From: Acidobacteriota bacterium
Lineage (GTDB): Bacteria > Acidobacteriota > Vicinamibacteria > Vicinamibacterales > 2-12-FULL-66-21
Assembly: GCA_046735335.1 (NCBI GenBank)
Contig: JBKPTE010000015.1
Coordinates: 16,183-80,182 of the forward strand
Direction: 5' to 3'
Length of the DNA stretch: 64,000 bases
Shown: positions 42,789 to 52,056 of the stretch, piece by piece
How positions within the stretch are numbered: the first letter of the stretch is position 1
Layout: each line of letters starts with the position of its first letter
Position numbers and translations under genes: made by a program
The notes under the pieces: model-generated
Told to the model about the DNA's origin: nothing
Database searches by the model: none
Seen by the model: only the letters and a program-made list of their open reading frames with translations

Positions 42789-43372
42789 TGGCAGACGATG
42801 ATGCGATGCTGCGGCACGGGCTCGGCGTCCAGCTGCGCAAGTGGGGATACGACCCGGTCGTCTGCGCGAACGGCGACGAAGCCCGGCGGGTGCTCCGGAG
42901 CGGCGAACCGCCGCTCGTCGCCATTCTCGATCGGAGCATGCCGGGCGCCGACGGCCTGACGCTCTGCGCGGAGATTCGCGCCACCCCGCACCTCCGCGCC
43001 ACCTACGTCGTCCTCCTCACCGCGCACGACACGCGCGACGACATGCTGAGCGGGTTCGACGGCGGCGCGGACGAATACATCACGAAGCCGTTCGACTGGG
43101 AGATGCTGCGCGCGCGATTGAAGACGGGCGTCCGCATCGCCACGCTGCAGCGCGACCTGGCGCAGAAGGTGACGGAGCTCGAACGCGCGCTGGCGAACGT
43201 GAAGCAGCTGTCAGGCCTGCTGCCGATCTGCTCGTACTGCAAGCGGATCCGCGACGACGGCGACTATTGGCAACAGCTCGAAACCTACCTGGGGGACCAT
43301 TCGGAGGCGGAGTTCAGCCACGGCGTGTGCCCCGAATGCCTGGAGCACGCGACGCGCGACTTCCTGCAGTGA
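42776..43372 (+). CDS. Response regulator with C-terminal Cys-rich putative Zn-binding domain
   Basis: REC followed by [14 protein letters not shown]...FSHGVCPEC. Confidence 0.88.
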
Positions 43373-43453
43373 TCACAGGATCACAGGAGGATTCCGAGCA
43401 GTCCAGGAGACCAGGAGATCCTGCTCATCTCCCGATCTCCTGATCTGCGATCA
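43371..43453. repeat. 8/9-mer repeats (CAGGAGAY / ATCTCCYG) with inverted arms between convergent genes
   Basis: caggagaccaggagatc ... atctcccgatctcctgatc. Confidence 0.7.
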
Positions 43454-44485
43454 GACGGCCGCGACTTCCGGTTCGCGCACGAGACCCAGCTCCTTGCGGA
43501 CCTTCTCCTCGATCAATTTGAACGTGGCGGGGTTGTCTTTCAGGAACTGCTTGACGTTCTCGCGGCCCTGACCGAGGCGTTCGCCGCTGAACGCGAACCA
43601 CGTGCCGCTCTTCTCCACGATGCGGCGATCGACGGCGAGGTCGAGCAGATCGCCTTCGCGTGAGATGCCCTCGCCGTACATGACGTCGAATTCGGCCTCG
43701 CGGAAGGGAGGCGCCACCTTGTTCTTGACGACCTTCACGCGCGTGCGGCCGCCGACGACCGAGTCGCCGTCCTTGATCGCGCCGATGCGGCGGATGTCGA
43801 TGCGGACGGAGGCATAGAACTTCAGCGCGCGGCCGCCGGTCGTCGTCTCCGGGTTGCCGAACATGACGCCGATCTTCTCGCGGAGCTGGTTGATGAAGAT
43901 CAGGCAGGTCTTCGACTTCGACACGATGCCGGTCAGCTTCCGGAGCGCCTGCGACATGAGGCGCGCCTGCAGACCCATCTGCGCTTCGCCCATCTCGCCT
44001 TCGATTTCCGCGCGCGGCACGAGCGCCGCGACCGAGTCGACCACGACGACGTCGACGCCGCCGGAGCGGACGAGCACCTCGACGATCTCGAGCGCCTGTT
44101 CGCCGTTGTCGGGCTGCGAGACCAGCAGATTGTCGAGATCGACGCCGAGCTTGCGGGCGTACTGTGCGTCCAGCGCGTGCTCCGCGTCGACGAACGCCGC
44201 CATGCCGCCAGTCTTCTGCGCTTCCGCGATCACCTGCAGCGCGAGGGTGGTCTTGCCCGAGGACTCCGGCCCGAAGATCTCGATGACGCGGCCGCGCGGC
44301 ACGCCGCCGATGCCGAGCGCGTAATCGAGGCTCACGGCGCCCGTCGAGATCGCCGGGATCTGGGCGATGGCGTCCTTCTGGCCGAGGCGCATGATGGAGC
44401 CCTTGCCGAACTGCTTTTCGATCTGGCCGACGGCCATCTCGATGGCCTTCAAGCGCTCACGGTCGTTGCGGTCGTCTGCTGCCAT
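43451..44485 (-). CDS. recA: Recombinase RecA
   Basis: [41 protein letters not shown]. Confidence 0.99.
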   Translation of the reverse strand: MAADDRNDRERLKAIEMAVGQIEKQFGKGSIMRLGQKDAIAQIPAISTGAVSLDYALGIGGVPRGRVIEIFGPESSGKTTLALQVIAEAQKTGGMAAFVDAEHALDAQYARKLGVDLDNLLVSQPDNGEQALEIVEVLVRSGGVDVVVVDSVAALVPRAEIEGEMGEAQMGLQARLMSQALRKLTGIVSKSKTCLIFINQLREKIGVMFGNPETTTGGRALKFYASVRIDIRRIGAIKDGDSVVGGRTRVKVVKNKVAPPFREAEFDVMYGEGISREGDLLDLAVDRRIVEKSGTWFAFSGERLGQGRENVKQFLKDNPATFKLIEEKVRKELGLVREPEVAAV

Positions 44486-44520
44486 AACTCTCCTTCGCGT
44501 GTGGGGTCGCGGCGGTGCCC

Positions 44521-44549
44521 ATTCTAGATTCGTGCCCCCGGGGTGTCAA
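44521..44549 (-). promoter_or_regulatory. Sigma-70 promoter of recA
   Basis: TTGACA-17 bp-TAGAAT. Confidence 0.8.
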
Positions 44550-44701
44550 GCGAAAACGGGGCGCCGATATGCCGCTAGGATCCTCTGATCCAGTGACTTG
44601 CGGGGATGCATCACTTTCGCCCCCAATGCAGAACTGTGCAGATCCTGCCCGCCGTCCGGATCGTCGATCGATCGCATTCTGCAGCGTAGCCGGAACCCGT
44701 G

Positions 44702-44848
44702 ACAGACAGGGTCAGCCGCGGACAACGCGGACACGCGGAATACGGCCACAGACAGGGTCAAGGCCGGGGACAACGCGGACTCACCCAGGATACGGCCACA
44801 GACAGGGTCAAGGGCGGCGGACAACGCGCACTCGCGCGGAATACGATC
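44702..44848 (+). repeat. Three tandem 46-51 bp repeats
   Basis: ACAGACAGGGTCA...GGACAACGCG...ATACG, starting at 44702, 44748 and 44798. Confidence 0.88.
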
Positions 44849-44853
44849 GCCAT

Positions 44854-45351
44854 ATGCCGTCACCGATCGGCCACGCGCTCGGGGGAATTGCCGCGGCATG
44901 GCGCATCCTGCCGCCTCGCGAGCGGATCGCGCACCGGTGGGGGACGATCGGGATCGTCGCCGCCATCGCCGCGGCGCCGGATTTCGATCTGCTCGTCAAC
45001 GATCACCGCGGTCCGGCACACAGCCTCGGCGCAGCGGTGATCGCCGGCACGGTCGCGCTGCTCTGGACGCGATCGCCGCGATGGGGCCTGGCGGCCGCAT
45101 TCGCGTGGGCTTCGCACGTGCTGCTGGATTGGCTGGGTACGGATACGCGCCCGCCTGTCGGCGTCATGGCCTTGTGGCCGTGGTCGCACCTCTATTACGA
45201 GTCGCCGCTGCACCTCTTTCCCGCGGTGTCGCGGCGCTACTGGCTCGCGGAGTTCTGGGTGTACAACCTCGAAGCGCTGTTCGTCGAGCTGCTGCTGCTG
45301 CTGCCTTTGTCGCTGCTCGTGCTGAGGCAGGCGTTCCGGCGCAAGGGGTGA
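44854..45351 (+). CDS. Membrane metal-dependent hydrolase (YdjM/DUF457-like)
   Basis: MPSPIGH, PDFD, HRGPAHS, SHVLLD. Confidence 0.85.
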   Translation: MPSPIGHALGGIAAAWRILPPRERIAHRWGTIGIVAAIAAAPDFDLLVNDHRGPAHSLGAAVIAGTVALLWTRSPRWGLAAAFAWASHVLLDWLGTDTRPPVGVMALWPWSHLYYESPLHLFPAVSRRYWLAEFWVYNLEALFVELLLLLPLSLLVLRQAFRRKG

Positions 45352-45354
45352 CCG

Positions 45355-46095
45355 ATGCTGGCGCGCTTTCTCGCCATGCACCTCGACGCGGATGCCGCAT
45401 CGGCGCGTCTCAACGCGGAGGAAGCGCATCACCTCACGCACGTCCTGCGGCTGCGGATCGGCGACGAGGTGGCGGTCTTCGACGGCGCGGGACGGGAGTT
45501 CCGCGCGCGCATCGATCGCGCGGGACGCGGCGGCGCCGACCTGACGCTGCTGGAAGAGATTCCTGCGCCGGCCGAACCGCGCGTCCGCATCACGCTGGGG
45601 CAGGCGGTGCTCAAAGGAGACGGCATGGACGCCGTCGTGCGCGATGCGACGATGATGGGCGTTGCGGCGATTCAGCCGCTCATCACGATGCATGCGGCAG
45701 CGCCCCGACGGGCGATTTCTCGTGACGGCGCCGTGACGCGATGGCAGCGCATCGCGATCGCGTCGAGCAAGCAGTGCCGCCGGGCGGTCGTCCCGTCGAT
45801 CGAGCCGGTGCACGGATTACCCGAGTGGGTCCGTTCGCATGCCGCGGATCAGCGTTTGATGCTGGTCGAGCCGAGCGCAGGCGCGACGGTGACCAGCGTC
45901 GCGGTCATCGCGCGGGATGCGCCCTCGTCCGCTGCGCTGATGGTGGGTCCAGAAGGAGGCTGGGCGGCCGAGGAGATCGCGTCCGCTGCCGATGCGGGCT
46001 GGACGCTGCTCACGTTCGGGCGCCGCACGCTGCGCGCCGATGCGGCTGCCGCGATTGCGATTGGGATTCTGCAGTACGTCTGGGAGGATCTGTGA
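45355..46095 (+). CDS. rsmE: 16S rRNA m3U1498 methyltransferase
   Basis: HHLTHVLR, QCRR, VGPEGGW, LRAD. Confidence 0.93.
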   Translation: MLARFLAMHLDADAASARLNAEEAHHLTHVLRLRIGDEVAVFDGAGREFRARIDRAGRGGADLTLLEEIPAPAEPRVRITLGQAVLKGDGMDAVVRDATMMGVAAIQPLITMHAAAPRRAISRDGAVTRWQRIAIASSKQCRRAVVPSIEPVHGLPEWVRSHAADQRLMLVEPSAGATVTSVAVIARDAPSSAALMVGPEGGWAAEEIASAADAGWTLLTFGRRTLRADAAAAIAIGILQYVWEDL

Positions 46096-46126
46096 CGTCG
46101 GCCTCCCACACGAATCAGCGGGCATG

Positions 46127-47011
46127 TCAACGGACGGCACGGGCCAGCAGCGCCGCCGTCCAGCCGTCTTCGGATGATTCCTCCGTCACGTCGAAATCCG
46201 GAAACGCCGGACGAATATCGACCTCGAGGTGATCCCACGCGAACCCGCTCAGGATGAGAGAACCGTCCGGCCGCGCGAGCGAGGCGAGCGAGCTTGCGTG
46301 GCGCACGAGCGCCGCCGCGGTCAGGTTCGCGAGCAGGACGTCCGCGGCCGCCAGGCGCAGCTCGCCCAGATCGTCGCAGATGATCTCGATCGCGCCGCCC
46401 GCGCCGTTCCTCGCGCAGTTCGCGCGCGCGTTGTCCAGCGCGTCAGGATCGTTGTCAACCGCCACGACATCGGCCGCGCCCAGCTTCCACGCCGCCAGCG
46501 CGAGCACGCCGGAGCCTGTTCCGATGTCGATGACGCGCGCGTTCCGCAGATCGAGCCCCTGCAGAAGCCGCAGGCAGAGCCGCGTGGTCGCGTGATGGCC
46601 CGTGCCGAAGCCGGTCGACGGCTCGATCACGATGACGGGAACGTCGGGCTGCAGACGAACGGCCGGCGAGCGGCGCGCCTGACCCGGGACATCCCACGGA
46701 GGGGCGACGATCAGCCGTCCGACCTCGATCGCGTGGAGATTTTCCTGCGAGCGCCTCGCCCAGTCCTCGTCCGGAACATCGAGCGCGGACGTCGTGAGGA
46801 GACGATCGGAAACAGCCGTCGCGAGATGCGCCGCGGCCGCGTCGCGCAGCGCGGCGGTTCGGAAGAATACGCGCCAGCGGTCGCCGCTCTCGTCCTCGTG
46901 GATCGCCGAGGGCTCGAAGTCGTCGAGGACGGCGTAAACGCGTTCGCGCAGATGGGGGTCCGGTCCGGGGGAGTCGAGGAATTGAAGGTCGACGGCCGGA
47001 TATTCAGCCAA
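46127..47011 (-). CDS. prmA: Ribosomal protein L11 methyltransferase
   Basis: EDW, APPW, GFGTGHHATT, DIGTGSGVLA, LILSG. Confidence 0.93.
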   Translation of the reverse strand: MAEYPAVDLQFLDSPGPDPHLRERVYAVLDDFEPSAIHEDESGDRWRVFFRTAALRDAAAAHLATAVSDRLLTTSALDVPDEDWARRSQENLHAIEVGRLIVAPPWDVPGQARRSPAVRLQPDVPVIVIEPSTGFGTGHHATTRLCLRLLQGLDLRNARVIDIGTGSGVLALAAWKLGAADVVAVDNDPDALDNARANCARNGAGGAIEIICDDLGELRLAAADVLLANLTAAALVRHASSLASLARPDGSLILSGFAWDHLEVDIRPAFPDFDVTEESSEDGWTAALLARAVR

Positions 47012-48149
47012 AGATGTCTTTCACCTTCTCGAAGAACGGCTTCTCCGGCGACTCGCCGCTGCGATCCGTCACCTCCTGCGGCATCGTCTTTGCCAGTTCC
47101 TCGAGCAGGTGCTTCTGGTCGCGCGTCAGCTTCTTCGGCACCTGCGCGCGGACCACGACGTAGAGGTCTCCGTGGCCGCGGCCCGACACGTTGGGCATGC
47201 CCTTCCCGCGCAGCTTGAACCGCGCGCCGGTCTGGGTGCCGGAGGGAAGCGTGACCGTGTCCTCGTCCTTCACCGTCGGCACGCGCAGCTCTCCGCCGAG
47301 CGCGAGGAGCGGGAAGGTGACGGGGATCTCGCAATACAGATCGTCCCCTTCACGGTGGAAAAGCGAATGCTCCTGCACGTGGACGACGACGTAGAGGTCT
47401 CCTGGAGGGCCTCCGGCGGTGCCGTGCTCTCCTTCGCTGTAGAGACGAAGCCGCTGCCCGGTCGCGATTCCGGGCGGGATCTTGACGGTGATTTTCCGAT
47501 CGCGGGCGATGCGGCCGGCCCCGCGGCAATCCTGACACGGCTTGCTGATGATTCGCCCCGTTCCGCGGCACGTGCCGCACGGGCGCGCGACGGTGAGGAA
47601 TCCCTGCTGGTATCGGAGCTGGCCGGTGCCGCGGCACTGCGGGCACGTCTCCGGCGAGGAACCTGCCGCGGCCCCGGATCCCTTGCACGACTCGCACGTT
47701 TCCTCACGAGGGATCTGGATCGACGTTTCGGTGCCGTCGTACGACTCGTCGAACGAGATCTCGAGGTCGTAGCGGAGGTCCGCGCCGCGCTGAGGTCCGC
47801 CGCGCCGGCGCCGTCCGCCGAAGACGTCGCCGAACCCGAACATGTCGCCGAGGCCGGAGAAGATGTCGCCGAAGTCCGCGAAGATCGTCGGGTCGAAGCC
47901 GGCCCCGGCGCCCGCCGCGGCGCCGCTCACGCCGGCGTGGCCGAACCGATCGTAGAGCCCGCGCTTCTCGGCGTCCGCGAGGATCGCGTACGCTTCGGCC
48001 GCTTCCTTGAACCGCTCCTCCGCCTGGTGATCGCCGGGGTTGCGGTCCGGATGGTACTTGAGCGCGAGCTTGCGATACGCGCTCTTGATCTCCTGATCCG
48101 ACGCCTGGCGGTCGATCCCGAGGACTTCGTAGTAATCCCGCTTGCTCAC
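47004..48149 (-). CDS. dnaJ: Chaperone DnaJ
   Basis: HPD J-domain, G/F region, four CxxCxGxG repeats. Confidence 0.98.
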   Translation of the reverse strand: MSKRDYYEVLGIDRQASDQEIKSAYRKLALKYHPDRNPGDHQAEERFKEAAEAYAILADAEKRGLYDRFGHAGVSGAAAGAGAGFDPTIFADFGDIFSGLGDMFGFGDVFGGRRRRGGPQRGADLRYDLEISFDESYDGTETSIQIPREETCESCKGSGAAAGSSPETCPQCRGTGQLRYQQGFLTVARPCGTCRGTGRIISKPCQDCRGAGRIARDRKITVKIPPGIATGQRLRLYSEGEHGTAGGPPGDLYVVVHVQEHSLFHREGDDLYCEIPVTFPLLALGGELRVPTVKDEDTVTLPSGTQTGARFKLRGKGMPNVSGRGHGDLYVVVRAQVPKKLTRDQKHLLEELAKTMPQEVTDRSGESPEKPFFEKVKDIFG

Positions 48150-48673
48150 CCTTTCGCCACCTTGACCATAGCCGGACGGAGCAGCCGATCGCCCAGCATG
48201 TACCCGCGCCGCAGCTCCTCGACGACCTCGCCGTCGCGGCGTCCGGCCGCCGGCTCGGTGGCGACCGCCTGGTGATAGTACGGATCGAACTCCGTCCCGA
48301 CGGTGTCGAGCGCGCGGACGCCGCGCTTCCTCAGCAGCTCCAGGAGCTGCCGGTGGATCAGCTCGACGCCGCGCCGGTACGCGTCCGCAGCGTGCTCGCC
48401 CGGCTCGGCGGCCAGGGCGCGCTCGAAGTTGTCGATGAGCGGCAGCAGCTCTTCGATCAGATCCGCGGCGGCGGATTCGGTCACCTGCTGGCGTTCGCGC
48501 TCGATCCGCTTGCGGTAGTTGTCGAATTCCGCCGTCTGCCGCAGCAGACGATCGTAGTAGTCGTCGCGCTGGCGCTGCAGCTCCGAGGCGTCGGGCGGCG
48601 CTTCGACCGCCTGAGCGGCCGTCTCGCGCGCTGACTCCGATGAGCCGTTCTCTTCATCGTGAATGGGGGTCAT
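48146..48673 (-). CDS. grpE: Nucleotide exchange factor GrpE
   Basis: AEFDNYRKR, FDPYYHQAV, GYMLGDRLLRPAMVKV. Confidence 0.97.
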   Translation of the reverse strand: MTPIHDEENGSSESARETAAQAVEAPPDASELQRQRDDYYDRLLRQTAEFDNYRKRIERERQQVTESAAADLIEELLPLIDNFERALAAEPGEHAADAYRRGVELIHRQLLELLRKRGVRALDTVGTEFDPYYHQAVATEPAAGRRDGEVVEELRRGYMLGDRLLRPAMVKVAKG

Positions 48674-48730
48674 CGTTCTTCTGCTTCCCCTGTCTGCGTT
48701 TGGATGCGTCCGCGGGGCGTCGCGGCCGCG

Positions 48731-49771
48731 TTATGAGTGTTCCAGAACCCTGCTGATGGCGCGCGACAGGCAGTCGACCGCGTTGATCGCGCGGGAGTAG
48801 CGCATCCGCGTCGGACCGATGACGCCGATCGCGCCGATGCGGCCCCCGTCGGTATAGGTCGAGGCGACGACGCTGAACGACTGGAGATCGGGATCGGCGT
48901 GCTCCGATCCGATCACCACGTTCAGGCCGCTGCCGCCGATGCACGCGTCGAGCAGCGTCACGAGCCGCGTCTTCTCTTCCATCATTCGTACCAGCATCTT
49001 CATCATCGCCAGCGTCGTTTCCGGATCCTCGGAACCGGCGATTTCGAAGAGCAGCGACGTCCCCTGGATGAATACGGCGGGCTGCGGCTCGAGGCCGTCG
49101 AACGTGGTGCTGGCCAGCCGCAGCGCGCGCGCGAGCAGCTCGTCGTACAGCGTGCGCTCCTCGCTCAGCCTCTCGATGATGCCCTGCCGCACCTCGCTGA
49201 GCGACCGTCCGCGAAATTCACTGTTGAGGTAGTTCGCCGCATGGTGCAGCTCGTCCGCCGTGTACCGCCCGGGCGGTTCGATGACCTTGTGCGAGATCCG
49301 GCCCCCGGCGGAAATGAGGATGACGAGCACCTTGCCCGCGTCCAGCGGGACGAAGTCGAGCTGCTGGAACGTGACGTCCGCAGCGGGCGCGACCGCAAAT
49401 CCGAGCTGGTGCGAGGCCCGCGAGATCTCGTGCGACGCGTGCGACAGCACATCGTCCACCGTGCCCGCGCGCCGCAGCCGTTCCTCGACGTGCGCCGAGA
49501 GTCGCGTGCCGCGGCGTTCGCTCAGGATTTGATCGACGTAGCTGCGGTAGCCGAGGTCCGTGGGCACGCGTCCCGCGGAGGTGTGCGGCTGGCGCACGAA
49601 GCCCAACTGCTCGAGCTGCGCCAGCACACTCCGAAGCGTGGCTGACGACACCCCGAACCCTCGCCCGGCCAGCCATAAGGACGAGACAGGTTCCCCCTGT
49701 TCGATATAGGCCTGAACCAGGGCGCCGAGGATCCGCTTATGTCGTTCGGGGAGCTCAGGATGTGACGTCAT
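48731..49771 (-). CDS. hrcA: Heat-inducible transcription repressor HrcA
   Basis: EPVSS, SSATLR, HTSAGRVPT, GVIGPTRMRY; ATG 49771. Confidence 0.96.
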   Translation of the reverse strand: MTSHPELPERHKRILGALVQAYIEQGEPVSSLWLAGRGFGVSSATLRSVLAQLEQLGFVRQPHTSAGRVPTDLGYRSYVDQILSERRGTRLSAHVEERLRRAGTVDDVLSHASHEISRASHQLGFAVAPAADVTFQQLDFVPLDAGKVLVILISAGGRISHKVIEPPGRYTADELHHAANYLNSEFRGRSLSEVRQGIIERLSEERTLYDELLARALRLASTTFDGLEPQPAVFIQGTSLLFEIAGSEDPETTLAMMKMLVRMMEEKTRLVTLLDACIGGSGLNVVIGSEHADPDLQSFSVVASTYTDGGRIGAIGVIGPTRMRYSRAINAVDCLSRAISRVLEHS

Positions 49772-49777
49772 CGCCGT

Positions 49778-49813
49778 TTGGCAGTCGTGAGTGGGGACTG
49801 CTAAACCATTATA
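49778..49813 (-). promoter_or_regulatory. CIRCE-like operator with adjacent -10 box
   Basis: TTAGCAGTC-N9-GACTGCCAA (49778-49804); TATAAT at 49808-49813. Confidence 0.88.
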
Positions 49814-49823
49814 CACGGCGCGC

Positions 49824-49954
49824 GCCGGGCCCAAGACACCCGACCTTACAGGTCGCTGCGCCGGCTCGCCAAGAGACCCGGCTACAGGTCGCTGCGCCGG
49901 CTCTCAGAGAGGCGCTACAGGTCGCTGCGCCAAGGTCTAAGGGACCCGGCCTAC
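49824..49954. repeat. Array of four GTAG-type REP-like units with constant linker TACAGGTCGCTGCGCC
   Basis: 16-bp linker repeated 3 times; units end in CTAC/TTAC and mostly form imperfect hairpins. Confidence 0.8.
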
Positions 49955-50782
49955 GTCGTTGCGCCGGACCGTGCGCCGGGCGGACGACATCGACAGGGAA
50001 GAGGCGTCCTTGCCGTGCCGCACCGCGATCAGCTCCGCGAGGATGCTAATCGCGATCTCCGCTGGGGTGATGGCCCCAATGTCCAGGCCGATGGGGGCAT
50101 GTACGCGCTCGAGGCATTCCGGCGGCATGCCTTCGGCCAGAAGCGCATCGAACACCCGGACGACCTTGGCGCGGCTCCCGATGAGGCCCAGATATCTGAG
50201 ATCGCGTGCCGCGAGGGCGCGCAGTGCATCGAAGTCGTGGGTGTGGCCGCGCGTCACCACCACGACGTAGGCGCTCGACGGGACCTCGGCTCGGTGCAGC
50301 CATGCGGCAATGTCGTCCACGGCGATTGCCTCGGCGGACGGGAAGCGCTCGCGGTTCGCGAACTTCTCCCGATCGTCCACGACGTGGATTCGGAACCCGG
50401 CGTCCGCGGCGGCGCGGGCGAGGTGAAACCCGACGTGGCCGGCTCCGACGATGTACAGGCGGGGCGCGGGCGAGATGGGATCGATGTAGACGTCCATCTG
50501 TCCGCCGCAGATGAGGCCGGACTCCTGGACGAAGTCGTCGTTGAGGTCGTACTTGACGAGCGCCGGTTTGCCGGACGCGATGACCTCGCGCGCGCGGCCG
50601 ATGGCGTCGTTCTCGTAGCAGCCGCCGCCAATCGTTCCGACCGTGCGGCCGTCGGCGAAGACGAGGAGCTTGGCGCCCGTGCGCTGCGGCGTCGAACCGT
50701 TGGCGCGGACGATCGTCACCAGCGCGGCCGGTTCGCCGCGCGCGAGCGCCGCGGCCGCCGCGGGAAGGACGTCCTCGTTCAG
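49937..50782 (-). CDS. XdhC/CoxI family molybdoenzyme accessory protein (probable CTG start)
   Basis: GSTPQRTGAK, GTIGGGCYE, CGG, GAGHVG, YLGLIGS, PIGLDIGA..PAEIA. Confidence 0.9.
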   Translation of the reverse strand: MNEDVLPAAAAALARGEPAALVTIVRANGSTPQRTGAKLLVFADGRTVGTIGGGCYENDAIGRAREVIASGKPALVKYDLNDDFVQESGLICGGQMDVYIDPISPAPRLYIVGAGHVGFHLARAAADAGFRIHVVDDREKFANRERFPSAEAIAVDDIAAWLHRAEVPSSAYVVVVTRGHTHDFDALRALAARDLRYLGLIGSRAKVVRVFDALLAEGMPPECLERVHAPIGLDIGAITPAEIAISILAELIAVRHGKDASSLSMSSARRTVRRNDVGRVP

Positions 50783-51828
50783 ATCAGCACCTCGATCTTC
50801 GATTTCTTCTTCAGCCCTGCGATGAACGTGTCCGCGTGCTGCTGCTTCTTCTGCTCGGTCAGGAACTGCTTGATCTGCGCGCTCGCTTCCTCGTACGGCA
50901 CCGCGCGCGCCGGCTTGCGATCGGTGACCTTGATGATGTGGTATCCGAACTGCGTCTGGACGACACTGCTGATTTGTCCCGGCTTCAGCTCGAACGCCAC
51001 CTTGTCGAACTCGGGCACCATCTGGCCGCGCGGAAAGTAGTTGAGATCGCCGCCCTGTGCCGCGCTTCCGTCCTGCGAGTGCTCCTGCGCGAGCTTCGCG
51101 AAGTCCGCGCCGGACTTCGCCTGCTTCAACACGCTGTCGATCTCCGCACGCGCCTTCTTGCGCGTGGCGGCGTCGGCCTTCTCATCGACGCGCACCAGAA
51201 TGTGGCTCGCGCGGACGGTTTCCGGCTGCTGGAACCTGTCCGGGTTCTTGGCGTAGAACTCTCTCGCCTCCGCGTCCGTGGCGGTCGCTTCGCCGCCCAT
51301 CTCGGCGTCCATCAGCTTCGTGACGCTCAGGTCCACGCGCGCGTCGTGCTTCAACGCGTCGAGCGTCAGGCCGCGTTCCTTGAGGGCCGCGTCGAACGCC
51401 TGCTGCGTGGGAAACTGCGACCGGAGCTGCTGCACCTTCTGGTCGATCTCCGATTCATCGATCTTGATCTGCCGTGCCTTGCTCTCCTGCGACAACAGCG
51501 TGTAGATGACGAGCTGGTCGAGCGCGCCGCGCATGATTTCGTCCCGGCGCTCGGGTGGCATCGGCTGTCCGGCGCGCGCCTCGATTGTCTTGATCATCCG
51601 CTCGAAGTCGGCCTTCTTCACGTCCTCGCCGTTGACGCGCGCGACGACGTCCGGCAGCTGTTGGGGGACCGGCTTCACGGGCGCTGGCGCCTCGGCGGGG
51701 ACGGCGACTGACGGCTGGGCAGCAGGTTGCGTCGTCTGGGTCGTCGAGTGCGCCGCGGGACCCTTGCGGCAGCCGGCACCCGCAACGGTTCCCGCAAGCA
51801 ATACACAGATCAGAGCTTTCAGTTTCAC
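50779..51828 (-). CDS. Parvulin-type PPIase lipoprotein (PrsA/SurA-like)
   Basis: GAGC lipobox-like, VARVNGE, ASHIL, GGDL, FGYHIIKV. Confidence 0.92.
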   Translation of the reverse strand: MKLKALICVLLAGTVAGAGCRKGPAAHSTTQTTQPAAQPSVAVPAEAPAPVKPVPQQLPDVVARVNGEDVKKADFERMIKTIEARAGQPMPPERRDEIMRGALDQLVIYTLLSQESKARQIKIDESEIDQKVQQLRSQFPTQQAFDAALKERGLTLDALKHDARVDLSVTKLMDAEMGGEATATDAEAREFYAKNPDRFQQPETVRASHILVRVDEKADAATRKKARAEIDSVLKQAKSGADFAKLAQEHSQDGSAAQGGDLNYFPRGQMVPEFDKVAFELKPGQISSVVQTQFGYHIIKVTDRKPARAVPYEEASAQIKQFLTEQKKQQHADTFIAGLKKKSKIEVLI

Positions 51829-51883
51829 GAATGACCTCGGGTTGCGTGGAACTTTAGTGTAGCACTCGGCGCTTCGCGCCTCG

Positions 51884-52056
51884 CGGGTTCGGGGGGTTCA
51901 CGCGGTTCACGGGGTTCACATGGATGGGTTCTTGGTTCTGGGTTCTAGAGAGGTTCTCCGTTCGCGGTTCCTGGTGCGGTTTGAACCAACCGGAACCGCG
52001 AACCCCGAACCCAGCCTTGCGAACCACTGAACCCTGTGAACCCCGTGAACCCAGGA
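51884..52056. repeat. Nested 9-mer/7-mer GGTTC repeats with inverted GAACC arm
   Basis: About 10 GGTTC cores followed by about 8 GAACC cores. Confidence 0.88.

Noticed and set aside
44702-44848. Mini CRISPR array
   Set aside because: Intervening segments are homologous to each other, so this is a tandem repeat
49824-49954. CRISPR-like repeat/spacer pattern
   Set aside because: Repeat is only 16-21 bp, spacers are short and related to each other, and there are no cas genes; it fits a REP mosaic
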